The notes under the pieces are model-generated. The model was not told where the DNA came from. It worked only from the letters and a program-made list of their open reading frames with translations, and searched no databases. A program made the position numbers and the translations under genes. From IMG/VR virus record IMGVR_UViG_3300020180_000016, positions 17,758-81,757 of that record: DNA of 64,000 bases. The stretch is one strand, 5' to 3'. Origin of the DNA: a virus. Shown here piece after piece: positions 28,381 through 38,615 of this stretch (within the stretch, counting starts at the first letter, position 1; every line of letters starts with the position of its first letter).

Positions 28381-31300
28381 ATGGTAGGTAGTCTTCACCA
28401 TGGTAAAGGTGTGCAGTTGAAGACCAAAAACAAGAAGCGAGCGAAAGCCGCTCTGGGTTATCTGAAAGACGCTCTGGGTTATCTGGAGTCGGCTTTCTCT
28501 TCATTTGTAAAGATGGAGAAGAAGCGAGCCTTTGCAATCTATCAGAAAAAGGTTGCAGTCTCCGTCTTCCAAGCTCAGCAGAAAGAGCTTGAGGATGATC
28601 TGTCTGTTCGGGTGGCTGGATTCATTCGAGGTCAGATTGTTGATGCTTCTAAGAATCTGATTTCGTCGGCAAAGGATTTTGAGGCTGGCGGCGAATCTAA
28701 ATCTGTTAAGGGACTAGCACCGAAGGTCTTCAACCCACGAGATTGGGATCTAGAGCTCATCCAGACTGTCGCCAAGCCGTTATCAGAAGCGGCTTGCAAG
28801 GCGATGGTGGCTCAGTCCATTGAGATGCGGTCTCAGATCAAATCTTATAGTCGACTTGGATTCAAGGCATCAACAGCATCAGATTATCTTGATGCTCGAG
28901 AATTGCATTTCAAAGACTACCCTCTACCAACACCTTACGGTGAAGTCTTTATCCGCGTCCCTACGGAATTTCCGCCGTGGATGAAAGATGCAATCAAATC
29001 AAATCTCCAGGAGTCGTTCAACCAACCCTACTGGGCTGGAATCAATGATACGACGGATGGGGATATTGATGGGTTTCTTGAGCAGGCCATCACAGACGGA
29101 ATGGCTCCTCGAGAGACGGCGAAGACGATGTTGCAGCGATATGGGTCGGATTACCCGATGACCCGCGGTTTGAATATCGCTCGCACAGAGTCTGGGAATG
29201 CACTCAACGGAGCTCGGTCGAAGTCGATGGATGCTCTCATCGACGAACTAGGGATGGCCGATGTCATTAAGAAGGTGTGGCTGTCCGTCTTGAGTAAGAC
29301 GACAAGAGACGAACATGCTCATCTAGACGGTGTGCCGGCGGCGAGTGATGGGACTTGGGTGTTGGCTGGGATTAAGATTCGATGGCCGAGTGATGTGCGG
29401 TTACCGGCTAGCCAGAGATGCAATTGTTTCTGCACGATCGTCTCTCAATTCGGAATGACGAATAGCACCGCCGACGAATTGATACAAGAATACAACGACA
29501 TTACGACTAAAAGTTTCTGTCCGACGGGGCCGGGCGGTGGAGTGGATCCGACGTGTAGTCCAGGTAAATCCAAGACGAACCTTCTTAACATACCAACTGG
29601 GGTCGGTGCGGCTTCTTCCTACCATCAAGCCAATCTTAAATCGTTGCAGAAGATGATGGATAGTGGCGACCACACTACGGCCTTGGACACAGCTCAGAAA
29701 TTGCATGACTTGAAGGTTGATCCTTTATATTCCAAAGCCTATCAAACAATCAAAGACGAAGTCGATTCTCAAGCCAACAAACCACCCGCCGGAGCAGTAC
29801 CGACAACTGCGCCTGGAGTCTCATCCGGATCCAATTGGGTAAAGACCGGCCCTCAGCTAGGGACTGAAAAGGGCGGCACCTATGAGATGGGTGGTCAAAA
29901 GTTCTACGTGAAGCAGCCAGACAATCCTGATCGAGCTCTCAATGAAGTGGTGGCTCTCAAGTTATATGCGGCGGCTGGTGCCCAGGCTGTAAACGGTCAT
30001 ATCGTAGACATTGACGGTAAGATTTCTGTGGCTACAGATTGGCTGGATTCTCAGAAAGCCAATTGGAAGGATCCATCCACGAGACAAGCGGCGGCCGAAG
30101 ACTTTGCCGTTCATGCCTGGTTGAATAATCGAGACGCCGTCGGGGCTGGGTCAGAGAATCCGATGGATAATATCCGGATTGCTGACGGGCAGCCGGTGTT
30201 GGTCGACGCTGGTGGGTCATTGGCTTACTCAGGGATGGGTGGTAGTGGTAAGAAGATATTCGAAAAAGATGCCACCGTCGAATTCAACGCTATGCGAAAT
30301 TCAGACATCAATCCGTCGATGGCTAAGGTGTTCGGAGATATGACACCGGAGCAGCTCGTCAAATCGATTGATAAGCTGAAGAATATCGACGACCAGACCA
30401 TTAATCAACTGGTAAATAAATACGGTCCTGGAAATACTGTCGAGAAAGCAATTCTAATCAATACCTTGATTGACCGCAAGAAGAGCTTGATCGACATGGG
30501 TGAGGCCATGAAGAAGGTATTGCAGCCCAAGGCGAACGATCCGCCACCAGCAGTACCTAAGGCCGCGGCCAAGAGTGGGGCTATGACGGTACCGCCGCCG
30601 CCAGCATTGACGTCGAAGTCTGCTCAGAGTTGGCAGGAGAAGATGAATGCGATCTACGAGGCGTCTAAGACTGGAGACGTGAATAAGGTCCACCAAGCCG
30701 TCAAAGTCAACATGGAGGCTACCAGTCCGTATCCGAAGAAATTGGCTGAGTACAAAGCTCAGGTGATTGCCGCGATGCAGAGTGGTGGCGAGCCGCACAC
30801 GAAGATTCCAGGTAAGGTGACACCGTCGCCGACACCAGATCTACTCACCACCCTAAAGATTGATCCATCGAAATTTCTAAAGCCTCCGATATTTTCCTCG
30901 AAAGACTTCGCCAAGGTTGCAGAGAATCAAGCTACGGTGGCGAAGGCTTGGGATATGGCTGCGGCCGGAGATTTGGCTGGGCTTCAGTCTCTTCAATCAG
31001 CGTCTCCTAAGGTTCAGGCTTGGAAAGCTCAATTAACGTCTACCGTCGCCGATCAGTTGAATCCCTCACCACCACAGAAATATCTAGTCCCAGACTTCGC
31101 TGATATAGTAGCCGCAGCACCCTCGGCGAAGTCACCAGTTCTATCTAAGATTGGATACTGGAATGTTCTTGGGTCGGTGTCGGTGGCCGAAGAAGGTTAT
31201 AGTGAGAGCCAGTATGCATCACCAGACGTGAAGGCTAAATTACACAACGACGGTGAATCTGTAGTTGTTAGTCTGGATCTTAGACCTCACGTCCAGTATT

Positions 31301-31740
31301 ATACAGGTATTGGTTACCATGATATGAATGATTCTTTGCGAGAGAGTAAACCCACAGGTGAAGCCGCAGCTCTTGCACAGAAAATCATCAAGAGCGGAGT
31401 GTCTATTCCAGTTGGTACTAGACTGGAACGATCGCACAAGGACCTGGGTGGGTGGGATAATGTTAAACCAGGCACGGTGATGACGGACAAAGGTATTCTT
31501 AGCACGTCGCTTTCTGAAAGAGATGGATTTAATGGATCTATTCGTCTTATCATGCAGGTAGGGTCTGGTGTGAAAGGTTTGCCGGTAAAGAATGTAAGTG
31601 GGTTCAAGCTCGAGGACGAGATTCTTTTGGCACCGAATCAACGGATTATGGTGACTAAGGTTGAGCCTGGGGTTTACGGCTCCAAATTAGTCCACGCTGT
31701 AATTCTTCCTACAGAAGATAACCAATGCTGCCCACCTTGA
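28381..31740 (+). CDS. MuF (SPP1 gp7-like) minor head protein fused to kinase-like and ADP-ribosyltransferase domains
   Basis: IARTE, KVW..TRDEH..LDG, CNCFC (MuF); FYVK..NEV..WLNNRD..N...VDAGG (HipA/PI3-4 kinase-like); YTG..Y..MN..LR, R, STS, EDE (ART R-S-E). Confidence 0.8.
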   Translation: MVGSLHHGKGVQLKTKNKKRAKAALGYLKDALGYLESAFSSFVKMEKKRAFAIYQKKVAVSVFQAQQKELEDDLSVRVAGFIRGQIVDASKNLISSAKDFEAGGESKSVKGLAPKVFNPRDWDLELIQTVAKPLSEAACKAMVAQSIEMRSQIKSYSRLGFKASTASDYLDARELHFKDYPLPTPYGEVFIRVPTEFPPWMKDAIKSNLQESFNQPYWAGINDTTDGDIDGFLEQAITDGMAPRETAKTMLQRYGSDYPMTRGLNIARTESGNALNGARSKSMDALIDELGMADVIKKVWLSVLSKTTRDEHAHLDGVPAASDGTWVLAGIKIRWPSDVRLPASQRCNCFCTIVSQFGMTNSTADELIQEYNDITTKSFCPTGPGGGVDPTCSPGKSKTNLLNIPTGVGAASSYHQANLKSLQKMMDSGDHTTALDTAQKLHDLKVDPLYSKAYQTIKDEVDSQANKPPAGAVPTTAPGVSSGSNWVKTGPQLGTEKGGTYEMGGQKFYVKQPDNPDRALNEVVALKLYAAAGAQAVNGHIVDIDGKISVATDWLDSQKANWKDPSTRQAAAEDFAVHAWLNNRDAVGAGSENPMDNIRIADGQPVLVDAGGSLAYSGMGGSGKKIFEKDATVEFNAMRNSDINPSMAKVFGDMTPEQLVKSIDKLKNIDDQTINQLVNKYGPGNTVEKAILINTLIDRKKSLIDMGEAMKKVLQPKANDPPPAVPKAAAKSGAMTVPPPPALTSKSAQSWQEKMNAIYEASKTGDVNKVHQAVKVNMEATSPYPKKLAEYKAQVIAAMQSGGEPHTKIPGKVTPSPTPDLLTTLKIDPSKFLKPPIFSSKDFAKVAENQATVAKAWDMAAAGDLAGLQSLQSASPKVQAWKAQLTSTVADQLNPSPPQKYLVPDFADIVAAAPSAKSPVLSKIGYWNVLGSVSVAEEGYSESQYASPDVKAKLHNDGESVVVSLDLRPHVQYYTGIGYHDMNDSLRESKPTGEAAALAQKIIKSGVSIPVGTRLERSHKDLGGWDNVKPGTVMTDKGILSTSLSERDGFNGSIRLIMQVGSGVKGLPVKNVSGFKLEDEILLAPNQRIMVTKVEPGVYGSKLVHAVILPTEDNQCCPP

Positions 31741-31783
31741 TTGTCTGGGCTGTGTCGTATAGTCTGGACAGAAAGGTTTAGTC

Positions 31784-32314
31784 ATGCCTCGCGATTTAGA
31801 AAAAGAAGTCCTCTTCACACCTGCATTGGATGCGTCTAAGAGCGGGTACTATCTTGGAGACCGACGCACCGTTGAGCTGATTCTTCGGTTAGCGATTTCC
31901 GACATCATGGAACGAATGCTGACCGCCAAGACCGATGACGCGAAGAAAGATATCCTCAATTCGGTCATGACCAAATACGCCAAGATATTCCTTGGCAAGG
32001 TTTCTGAGTATCAGCCTCTTCGTCGATGGAACGAACCTGGTGGAATAGATGGATTCGTTGCCAAGTGGACAGGGTCTGCTGAAACTGATCCAATGGAGAG
32101 GGTGAGGCACGGTGTCTTGAAGTTGTATGGTGAGGTGTTGGATTTGAACACCTACGCCAGCACACCCGGAATTCTCAAAGAGCAGTGGGAGTGGCAGCTC
32201 GATGCCATTTTCAATCGATACGCTGGGATATTCATTGGAATGTCTCCAGCCCAGCAGGAAGCCTTGACGTTATCCTCAACACCAGAGAAGAACAATGTCA
32301 GCAACGAAGAGTAG
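31784..32314 (+). CDS. Hypothetical protein; candidate immunity protein for the MuF toxin
   Basis: Immediately downstream of the MuF-ART gene, with a TATAGT -10-like element in front. Confidence 0.45.
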   Translation: MPRDLEKEVLFTPALDASKSGYYLGDRRTVELILRLAISDIMERMLTAKTDDAKKDILNSVMTKYAKIFLGKVSEYQPLRRWNEPGGIDGFVAKWTGSAETDPMERVRHGVLKLYGEVLDLNTYASTPGILKEQWEWQLDAIFNRYAGIFIGMSPAQQEALTLSSTPEKNNVSNEE

Positions 32315-32630
32315 AGGTGAGGGTCGATGGGGTAAAGATTTCCTTCGACCATCGGATGTTGACACGGTTACTTTCAATGAAGAGTTGAAAGCCCGATTCA
32401 TTCAACTTACCAAGGATTATCTCAAGGCTCGGAAGGTGCCGCTCAACATTCCGAAAGACTTGGATTCCGACATGCTGTTGTGGCGGACCTTGGCTGTCCG
32501 CCATGCAAAGGGAGACCGACGGCATACGCTTGATGAGAAGAAGGCGATGCCGAGAGTGGCCGAATGGACTCTTAGAGTGAAGGGGGATCTGACTGGACAA
32601 GAGCTACCAATTCCGGAATGGAGAAACTGA
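32295..32630 (+). CDS. Hypothetical protein
   Basis: GAGAAGAA leader; overlap. Confidence 0.45.
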   Translation: MSATKSRGEGRWGKDFLRPSDVDTVTFNEELKARFIQLTKDYLKARKVPLNIPKDLDSDMLLWRTLAVRHAKGDRRHTLDEKKAMPRVAEWTLRVKGDLTGQELPIPEWRN

Positions 32631-33019
32631 TGACATCTCCATTATTAGGCGATTTGAATTCACAGCTCCAGGTAAATCCTGGAGATAGGATTCTGGCTCG
32701 GGTTAGTATTGACTTGACCCGAGATCAATATCGCAATCTGTATCGACAGGTTCGTCGATTCCTCGGAGAAGACGTTCGGCTGTTGGTTGTCAATTGTTTG
32801 ACGACTACGATTCTTCGACAACGTTTTAAGACTGAGAGACTGGCCGGGCCAGAAGACATTAAGATTGGCGGTAGTCCTAGGATAGTCTTGGACTGTTCCG
32901 TGATCGATTTGGTGTCGACAGATATATTGATGGTGATCTGTCAATCGTCTGTCCTAGACAAGAAAGCAGATCAGATTCGTGAGTGGGCTGGTAAGGAGAT
33001 CGCAGTTCGAGGTGTGTAG
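32618..33019 (+). CDS. Hypothetical protein
   Basis: ORF in operon. Confidence 0.45.
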   Translation: MEKLMTSPLLGDLNSQLQVNPGDRILARVSIDLTRDQYRNLYRQVRRFLGEDVRLLVVNCLTTTILRQRFKTERLAGPEDIKIGGSPRIVLDCSVIDLVSTDILMVICQSSVLDKKADQIREWAGKEIAVRGV

Positions 33020-33133
33020 GTTATCTGCCAGATTCGTGTAGAATCTTTTGGATAGGTATTGTGGTAATATGAAGAGCCAGCTACTGTCAATATCAATCAC
33101 TTTGTTGTCGACTCTGCCGAAGGATTTCGAGAG

Positions 33134-33607
33134 ATGGCCCACAAGAATAACGTGACGTTCGCTCTAGGGACACCTTTTGGCCTGACATCTCGGAACTTGG
33201 TCGTCCGCCGAATGGACCGAGCAGGGGATGTGCTCCCCATCTCAGCCGAGTACGACGACGACCTGGCCGGCGACGCAGAAAGTGCCGTCGTCGCTCTTCC
33301 GATCAACACCATCTGGCAGGCTCTTCTGACGGACACGAAGACGACCGGTGAAGTATCCAGAACTCAGGTTCTTGGATTCAACACGTCCGAGCTTCAATTC
33401 CCCGGCCCGGCACTGCCGACGGGATTTGGAGTTTACGCGACGGAAGACTTGTCGAGCTCTTCGAGTTCGTCCAGTGATTCGTCCAGTTCCAGTTCGTCGT
33501 CGAGCTCGGTATCCAGTTCGTCGTCGAGCTCGGTATCCAGTTCCTCGCCGTCGTCGAATTCAAGTAGCTCATCGAACTCATCCAGTAGCTCGAGTTCGAG
33601 CAGCTAA
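33134..33607 (+). CDS. Structural-region protein with C-terminal poly-serine tail
   Basis: About 50-residue terminal Ser-rich tract. Confidence 0.65.
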   Translation: MAHKNNVTFALGTPFGLTSRNLVVRRMDRAGDVLPISAEYDDDLAGDAESAVVALPINTIWQALLTDTKTTGEVSRTQVLGFNTSELQFPGPALPTGFGVYATEDLSSSSSSSSDSSSSSSSSSSVSSSSSSSVSSSSPSSNSSSSSNSSSSSSSSS

Positions 33608-33622
33608 TCCTAGGGGATGTGA

Positions 33623-33934
33623 ATGGCGATGCGTCAGCCCGATCAGTCCGTTGCCTTGCATGAGCAGGGTTTCAATAGTGTCATTCGATATCTCAAGATG
33701 TCGAGTCTTGACCGCGTGAAGGATCTCAACCGGCGATGTCTGGAGCAGATGCAAGCTCTTGGCTTGGAGCCGACTCCGGAAGCGGTCGTGGCGGGTATTC
33801 CGAACGGTAGCGATCATTCTGACATGGGGACTCTTCTCAATTGGTTGAGTCGCATTCAAATGAATGATGCTGACGGGGTTGCTCAGTTGCAAGCCTTGCA
33901 AGCCACGGCTCAGCACCGAATTGATGGGGTCTAA
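33623..33934 (+). CDS. Hypothetical protein
   Basis: RBS; operon position. Confidence 0.5.
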   Translation: MAMRQPDQSVALHEQGFNSVIRYLKMSSLDRVKDLNRRCLEQMQALGLEPTPEAVVAGIPNGSDHSDMGTLLNWLSRIQMNDADGVAQLQALQATAQHRIDGV

Positions 33935-33943
33935 TACCAATCC

Positions 33944-34234
33944 ATGTTCCTGTCCTACCAACAAGCAGACTGCACCTTGCCGGCCGTGCAAACGGCTTCG
34001 GCTTTCGACATCCCCAAGAATGCGTCTGGGGTGATGTTGCAGGCTCAAGGCGACGGGGACGTCAACTATACGATGGACGGAACTCAGCCTGGTGCATCGA
34101 GCGGGATGATTTTGCAGGCTGGATTGGCCCCCGAAGAGTTTCTTATCGAAGATTTTCTTCGAATTCGGTTTGTCAAGAGCGATGATGTGACGAAACTGAA
34201 CGCTCATTTCTTTGGTGGCCGCGACATCAACTAG
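33944..34234 (+). CDS. Small beta-rich structural protein
   Basis: YTMDGTQP motif. Confidence 0.5.
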   Translation: MFLSYQQADCTLPAVQTASAFDIPKNASGVMLQAQGDGDVNYTMDGTQPGASSGMILQAGLAPEEFLIEDFLRIRFVKSDDVTKLNAHFFGGRDIN

Positions 34235-35638
34235 GTGAGCTTGGATACTGAAATGACTTTACAAGAGCTGCTGCAAGACGTCCGCTTTCGTCAGAAGGAT
34301 AATCCGTTTGGTTACGGAATCCAGACGGCAGACCGGTTCACGAAGAATATCGAGGACTGCTGCGGCTCGAAGATGTGCTACCGTTTTGGTTCTACCAGAT
34401 CGGATAGCTGGACGGATGTGATGCGGAAGGCGGCCAAGACGCTGACCTATCACAATCAAGAGATGATCCGCGAAGATGCCTTGGATCTCTCCGCCAGCCT
34501 CAAGACTTTCAAATCTGCCCTTGGGTCAGAAATTGAGCTGCCCAAGAATACGCTGTTGGTATTCAAGCACGTCATCACCACACCGACGAAAGATCGGGAT
34601 GGCGACATACTGCGAACGGAAGGTGCGAAGCCTGACCCGAATATGTGTGGATTGTTCAACCATGCCCACACCTTGCCGATCGGTAAGCACCTGGCAGTAG
34701 CCGAACACACGGCACGGAAATTGTCGTCGATCTCTGCGATTGTGGATGTGAATGATTTAGCCCACGACTCGGTTGTGATGATCGAGAATAAGATGGGCCG
34801 GTTCAGTCATGGATTTCGGGCGATCGACTTCGTCAAGAACAAACAAGAATCGGGCGGTAAGGCTGCTGTTGGTTTTGACATCAAATCGTTCGAAATTATG
34901 GAGTGGTCCTTGGTGACCGTGCCGTCGAACGTGGATGCTCAGACTGAAGAGATCCTGCTCGACCTGGTTTCGAAAGGCCAGTTGAAATCTCCGATCGTGA
35001 AAACGATGGGTCGCAAAATCAAAGAGAAGAGGCCGGCGTTTTCTGCAGGGGGTTTGCCAATCACTCTCAACATCAATGTCAAATCCGGTGGAGAAGAAAA
35101 TGGCACCAAAGAAACCAAATGCGGCTGTGGGCAAAAACCAAAAGAAGAACAACAAAGCCCACGAGTCGAAGAAGATGACAAAGCCTCAGAATCGAAAGAC
35201 GCCGACAGCGACGAAATGAAATGTCCCGAATGTGACGGGGCGATGAAAGACGGTGTCTGCTCCAAATGCGGATACAAGGCTTCTGCTGAGAAGGGTGCCA
35301 AGGCTGGTCGGGTAATCAGCTCTTCCAATAAGGGCAAGTTGTCCACAGCCCGCGACCATCTCGAAGAAGTCTACAATAAAGAAGCTCTACTTTCCCGTGG
35401 TGGGAAGACTATGACCAAGGAAGCTCATAGGTTGGTATCAGAAGTGATTGACTCGGCGGAGGTTATGGATGCCCCGACCGAACGAACCTACACCGCCTCA
35501 GAGGCAATGGCCGTGTTCCTCGCCAAGTCTACTCAGATGGAACGGGAACGGATGGCCACATCGTTGGTCGCTTTTAAGACTGTTGAGACCAACGAAAAGG
35601 TAGCTGCCGAAATGCAGGGACTTCTGGGTTTGAATTGA
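34235..35638 (+). CDS. Prohead protease (HK97/U35) with C-terminal extension
   Basis: DRDGDIL, LFNH..PIGK, FSHGF, EWSLVTVPSN. Confidence 0.85.
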   Translation: MSLDTEMTLQELLQDVRFRQKDNPFGYGIQTADRFTKNIEDCCGSKMCYRFGSTRSDSWTDVMRKAAKTLTYHNQEMIREDALDLSASLKTFKSALGSEIELPKNTLLVFKHVITTPTKDRDGDILRTEGAKPDPNMCGLFNHAHTLPIGKHLAVAEHTARKLSSISAIVDVNDLAHDSVVMIENKMGRFSHGFRAIDFVKNKQESGGKAAVGFDIKSFEIMEWSLVTVPSNVDAQTEEILLDLVSKGQLKSPIVKTMGRKIKEKRPAFSAGGLPITLNINVKSGGEENGTKETKCGCGQKPKEEQQSPRVEEDDKASESKDADSDEMKCPECDGAMKDGVCSKCGYKASAEKGAKAGRVISSSNKGKLSTARDHLEEVYNKEALLSRGGKTMTKEAHRLVSEVIDSAEVMDAPTERTYTASEAMAVFLAKSTQMERERMATSLVAFKTVETNEKVAAEMQGLLGLN

Positions 35639-35702
35639 TTCACCGGCGGTCGGTAATTTTAGCAATCCCAGATTTTATAGCTGATACGAAAGGAGCACAT
35701 TC

Positions 35703-37385
35703 GTGCGACTGTCAGCCATGTTGAAGAAATTCCTTGTCGACAATTGCGGAGCCAAAGAGACCGCAACCGACGACGAATTTCGTGCGGCCGCCGGCGAGGC
35801 GTTTGCAGACGGTTCGTTGACTGCGGAAAAATATCAAGAACTCGTGACGACCAAGAGCGAGGCTGAGGCCGGCTCGATGCTGGGCTTCTTCAAGGGATTC
35901 GGCGATTCTTTGGCGGCCATTCGGAAAAGTCTGGAGCAGGATTCCGAAGAGGACGATGAAGAGGAAGACGATGAAGAGGAAGAGCCGGCCACCAAGAGCA
36001 AGAAGGGTGGCAAGGCTGCGACGAAGGCCACCAAGCAGCCCAGGACAAACCTGGAAAAGATGGTTACCCGTCTTGGAATGGGTTCGGCAAACGACGACGA
36101 TGATGGCGACGATGGCGAGGAGAAGTCCTTCTCGGTTCGCGTCAAGAGTGTTGTCGAGAAATACGACGGCACCAAGTCGGCGGCCATCTATCCGTCGACG
36201 ACGTCCAAGGGACGAGCTCATCCGTTGGCTGGTCAGCGGATGACGGATTACAATGAGACCGGCTTCGCCCGTCCGCTGGACAATTCGTCCGAGCGGGACA
36301 AGGCCGTCGCCGGAGCCTACGGTCAGTTCATCGTCAACGTGGCCATCAAGAAGAGTCGCACCCTCGGTTTCATGTCCATGCCGGAAGAGAGTCGTGATCT
36401 CCTCCTATGGGCGATGGACAATGAGAAGTGGGGTGGGTCGACGGATGGTGGTCAGTTTGCTGACATTGCGGGTCGCAAGTTGACTCCGCATGAGCAGAAG
36501 GCCCTGATCGACGATGCGACGAGTGGTGGCCTTGAGGCTGCCCCTATCGTCTTCGACGACCAGATTATTCAGACTCCTCTGCTCAACGGCGAGCTCTACC
36601 CGTGGGTCAACACCAAGCCGCTTGATCGCGGTCGTCGCGTGGAAGGCGTGGCTACGGGAACGGTTACGTCGAGCTGGGGTGGTGTCGACGACACGGCCAT
36701 CACGCTCTTCAATACCGCTTCATACGTCACGGCTTTCGACACCACAATCTTCCGGTGGGAAGGTGCCATTCGGATTGGGTTGGACTTCCTCAGCGACACC
36801 CCCATCGACTTCAACGCCCATATCACCGAGCAATACGGTGAGCGGCTGCTGGAGGACTTGGACGACGTGATTGCGACCGGAAACGGCACGACCCAGCCAG
36901 AAGGTATCATGGTCAAGGCCGGAACGACGTCCATCAATTTCGGCGGCACGACGACGCTCGGTAACTATGAATCACTTCGATTCGGAGTTGCCAAGCCGGA
37001 GCACAAGGGAAGTGCGAAGGCATCCGCGGTCTTCTGTGGAACGGAAACGAGCTATATGCGAGCTCGTGCCATTCCCGTCGGTTCGTCCGACGCTCGTCGA
37101 CTTGGTGGAAGCCAAGCCACAATCGGCGGTGTGACGGATTACAGCGATTACTCATGGATGGGCGTCCCGTACAAGATCAACGAGAGCATGACGAATGCCA
37201 AGGTCTTTTACGCGATTCTGGCTCGGTACCGGATGTACCGGCGGCGTGGGTTTACCATCCGCACCTCGACGGAAGGCGATACGCTTATCCGGAACAACGA
37301 GATGCTGATGGTGGCCATGGCTCGATACGGTGGTCAGCTTGAACGTGGAGCCGTTGCCGCAGTGACGTCGACGGCTCCTGCGTAA
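35703..37385 (+). CDS. Major capsid protein (HK97 fold) with N-terminal scaffolding segment
   Basis: SGG..AP, GNGTTQPEGI, follows the protease, AAGGAG RBS. Confidence 0.9.
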   Translation: MRLSAMLKKFLVDNCGAKETATDDEFRAAAGEAFADGSLTAEKYQELVTTKSEAEAGSMLGFFKGFGDSLAAIRKSLEQDSEEDDEEEDDEEEEPATKSKKGGKAATKATKQPRTNLEKMVTRLGMGSANDDDDGDDGEEKSFSVRVKSVVEKYDGTKSAAIYPSTTSKGRAHPLAGQRMTDYNETGFARPLDNSSERDKAVAGAYGQFIVNVAIKKSRTLGFMSMPEESRDLLLWAMDNEKWGGSTDGGQFADIAGRKLTPHEQKALIDDATSGGLEAAPIVFDDQIIQTPLLNGELYPWVNTKPLDRGRRVEGVATGTVTSSWGGVDDTAITLFNTASYVTAFDTTIFRWEGAIRIGLDFLSDTPIDFNAHITEQYGERLLEDLDDVIATGNGTTQPEGIMVKAGTTSINFGGTTTLGNYESLRFGVAKPEHKGSAKASAVFCGTETSYMRARAIPVGSSDARRLGGSQATIGGVTDYSDYSWMGVPYKINESMTNAKVFYAILARYRMYRRRGFTIRTSTEGDTLIRNNEMLMVAMARYGGQLERGAVAAVTSTAPA

Positions 37386-37418
37386 TTGATTCGTAGCTAG
37401 GCTGGCCTAGCTCGCAAC

Positions 37419-37463
37419 CACCCGGCAGAGGGTAAATTCTTCTCCCCTCTGCCGGGTGTCTTT
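37419..37463 (+). terminator. Hairpin/terminator after the capsid gene
   Basis: CACCCGGCAGAGGG / CCCTCTGCCGGGTG 14-bp stem then TCTTT. Confidence 0.6.
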
Positions 37464-37512
37464 GAATGAGAAGATACCAGATTCATAGAGAGAAGAAAAG
37501 AGAGAAGAAAAC

Positions 37513-38097
37513 ATGGCATTAGTTGTGACAGAGACGGCAGGTGGCATTATCGTAGCTCCGTTTGCAATCCAAGCCAACCATCCCAGGATGTCGGATCTCT
37601 ACATCCAGAGTATTCCTGGATGCCGGCTGCGATCGACGGTGTCGGCGATGCGGCCCGGCCCTCGAGGAATTCCGCTTGACCAGGCCCGCACATTGTCGAT
37701 GATTCCGGAAGTGCCTGGAATGATCCTCGCCGTCAACCCAGCCAAGTTGGCTTATCAGATTTCTGATCCGTTGGTTGATGATCCGGAACTTCAATTGGCG
37801 ATTGGTCGGTACCTTCGGCAACAGATGGGCTCGTCGAATGGGGCTGTCAAGGGAGTCCCGAAACTCGATGCCTACTTGGATGTTCATCGAATCAAGACGC
37901 TGGTACGTGAGATGGTTGCTCTGGTGAAGAGCAATGAGGCAACCCTCAAGCACGGCTCACTTCCGGATGACTCGGATACTGACATGCTGCCGGGTAAGTT
38001 CCTTCTCAACCCAGGATCTCGTATCGCAAATCAGCAGCCGGTGTTCGAGGCTGATTGGGACGATTGGTTGCAGAATCTTGTCCGTGCCGGTGGGTGA
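37513..38097 (+). CDS. Hypothetical structural-region protein
   Basis: Follows the capsid gene; leader motif. Confidence 0.6.
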   Translation: MALVVTETAGGIIVAPFAIQANHPRMSDLYIQSIPGCRLRSTVSAMRPGPRGIPLDQARTLSMIPEVPGMILAVNPAKLAYQISDPLVDDPELQLAIGRYLRQQMGSSNGAVKGVPKLDAYLDVHRIKTLVREMVALVKSNEATLKHGSLPDDSDTDMLPGKFLLNPGSRIANQQPVFEADWDDWLQNLVRAGG

Positions 38098-38615
38098 TGG
38101 CCGATTACAGTAAAGCCGTTGAGACTGCTCGGGCTCGTAGGTCAGCGAAGGCTGGAGCCCGAGCCGTCGAGATTGAGTGGTTCATTGACGAGGTTTGTGA
38201 CAAGGTCAATCTCACTCTTAAACAGAGAGTGAAGTTGGCAGTTGAGCTGGTCCATTCCAAGATCACTAGCAACGTCTCAATCCCAGTTGTCCGCCAAGTC
38301 TATACCAGACACGAGAAGCCATTAAACTCGGACGGGACTGTTAACCTGGCTGGTAAGGCCAAGAAGGTTTCCCGATCACGAGTTATTGAGAGGTCGAAGC
38401 CTGGAGAGTTTCCTCGGGCCGATTTGACGCAGTTGATGAAATCATTATTCAGTGGAGTAGACGAACCTGTTAGAGGGTTCTACGATGGGTTTATCGGAAC
38501 ACCACTGGATTATGCTGTCGTGCTCGAGCTTCAAATGAACCGTTCGTTTCTGTTGCGAACGTTCAATGAAGAACGGTCTAAGGTGATGCGGATCCTATCA
38601 GGGCCGATCGCATGA
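38097..38615 (+). CDS. Tail completion protein (HK97 gp10-like)
   Basis: SKPGEFPRAD, GT.LDYA..LE...R.FL. Confidence 0.7.
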   Translation: MADYSKAVETARARRSAKAGARAVEIEWFIDEVCDKVNLTLKQRVKLAVELVHSKITSNVSIPVVRQVYTRHEKPLNSDGTVNLAGKAKKVSRSRVIERSKPGEFPRADLTQLMKSLFSGVDEPVRGFYDGFIGTPLDYAVVLELQMNRSFLLRTFNEERSKVMRILSGPIA

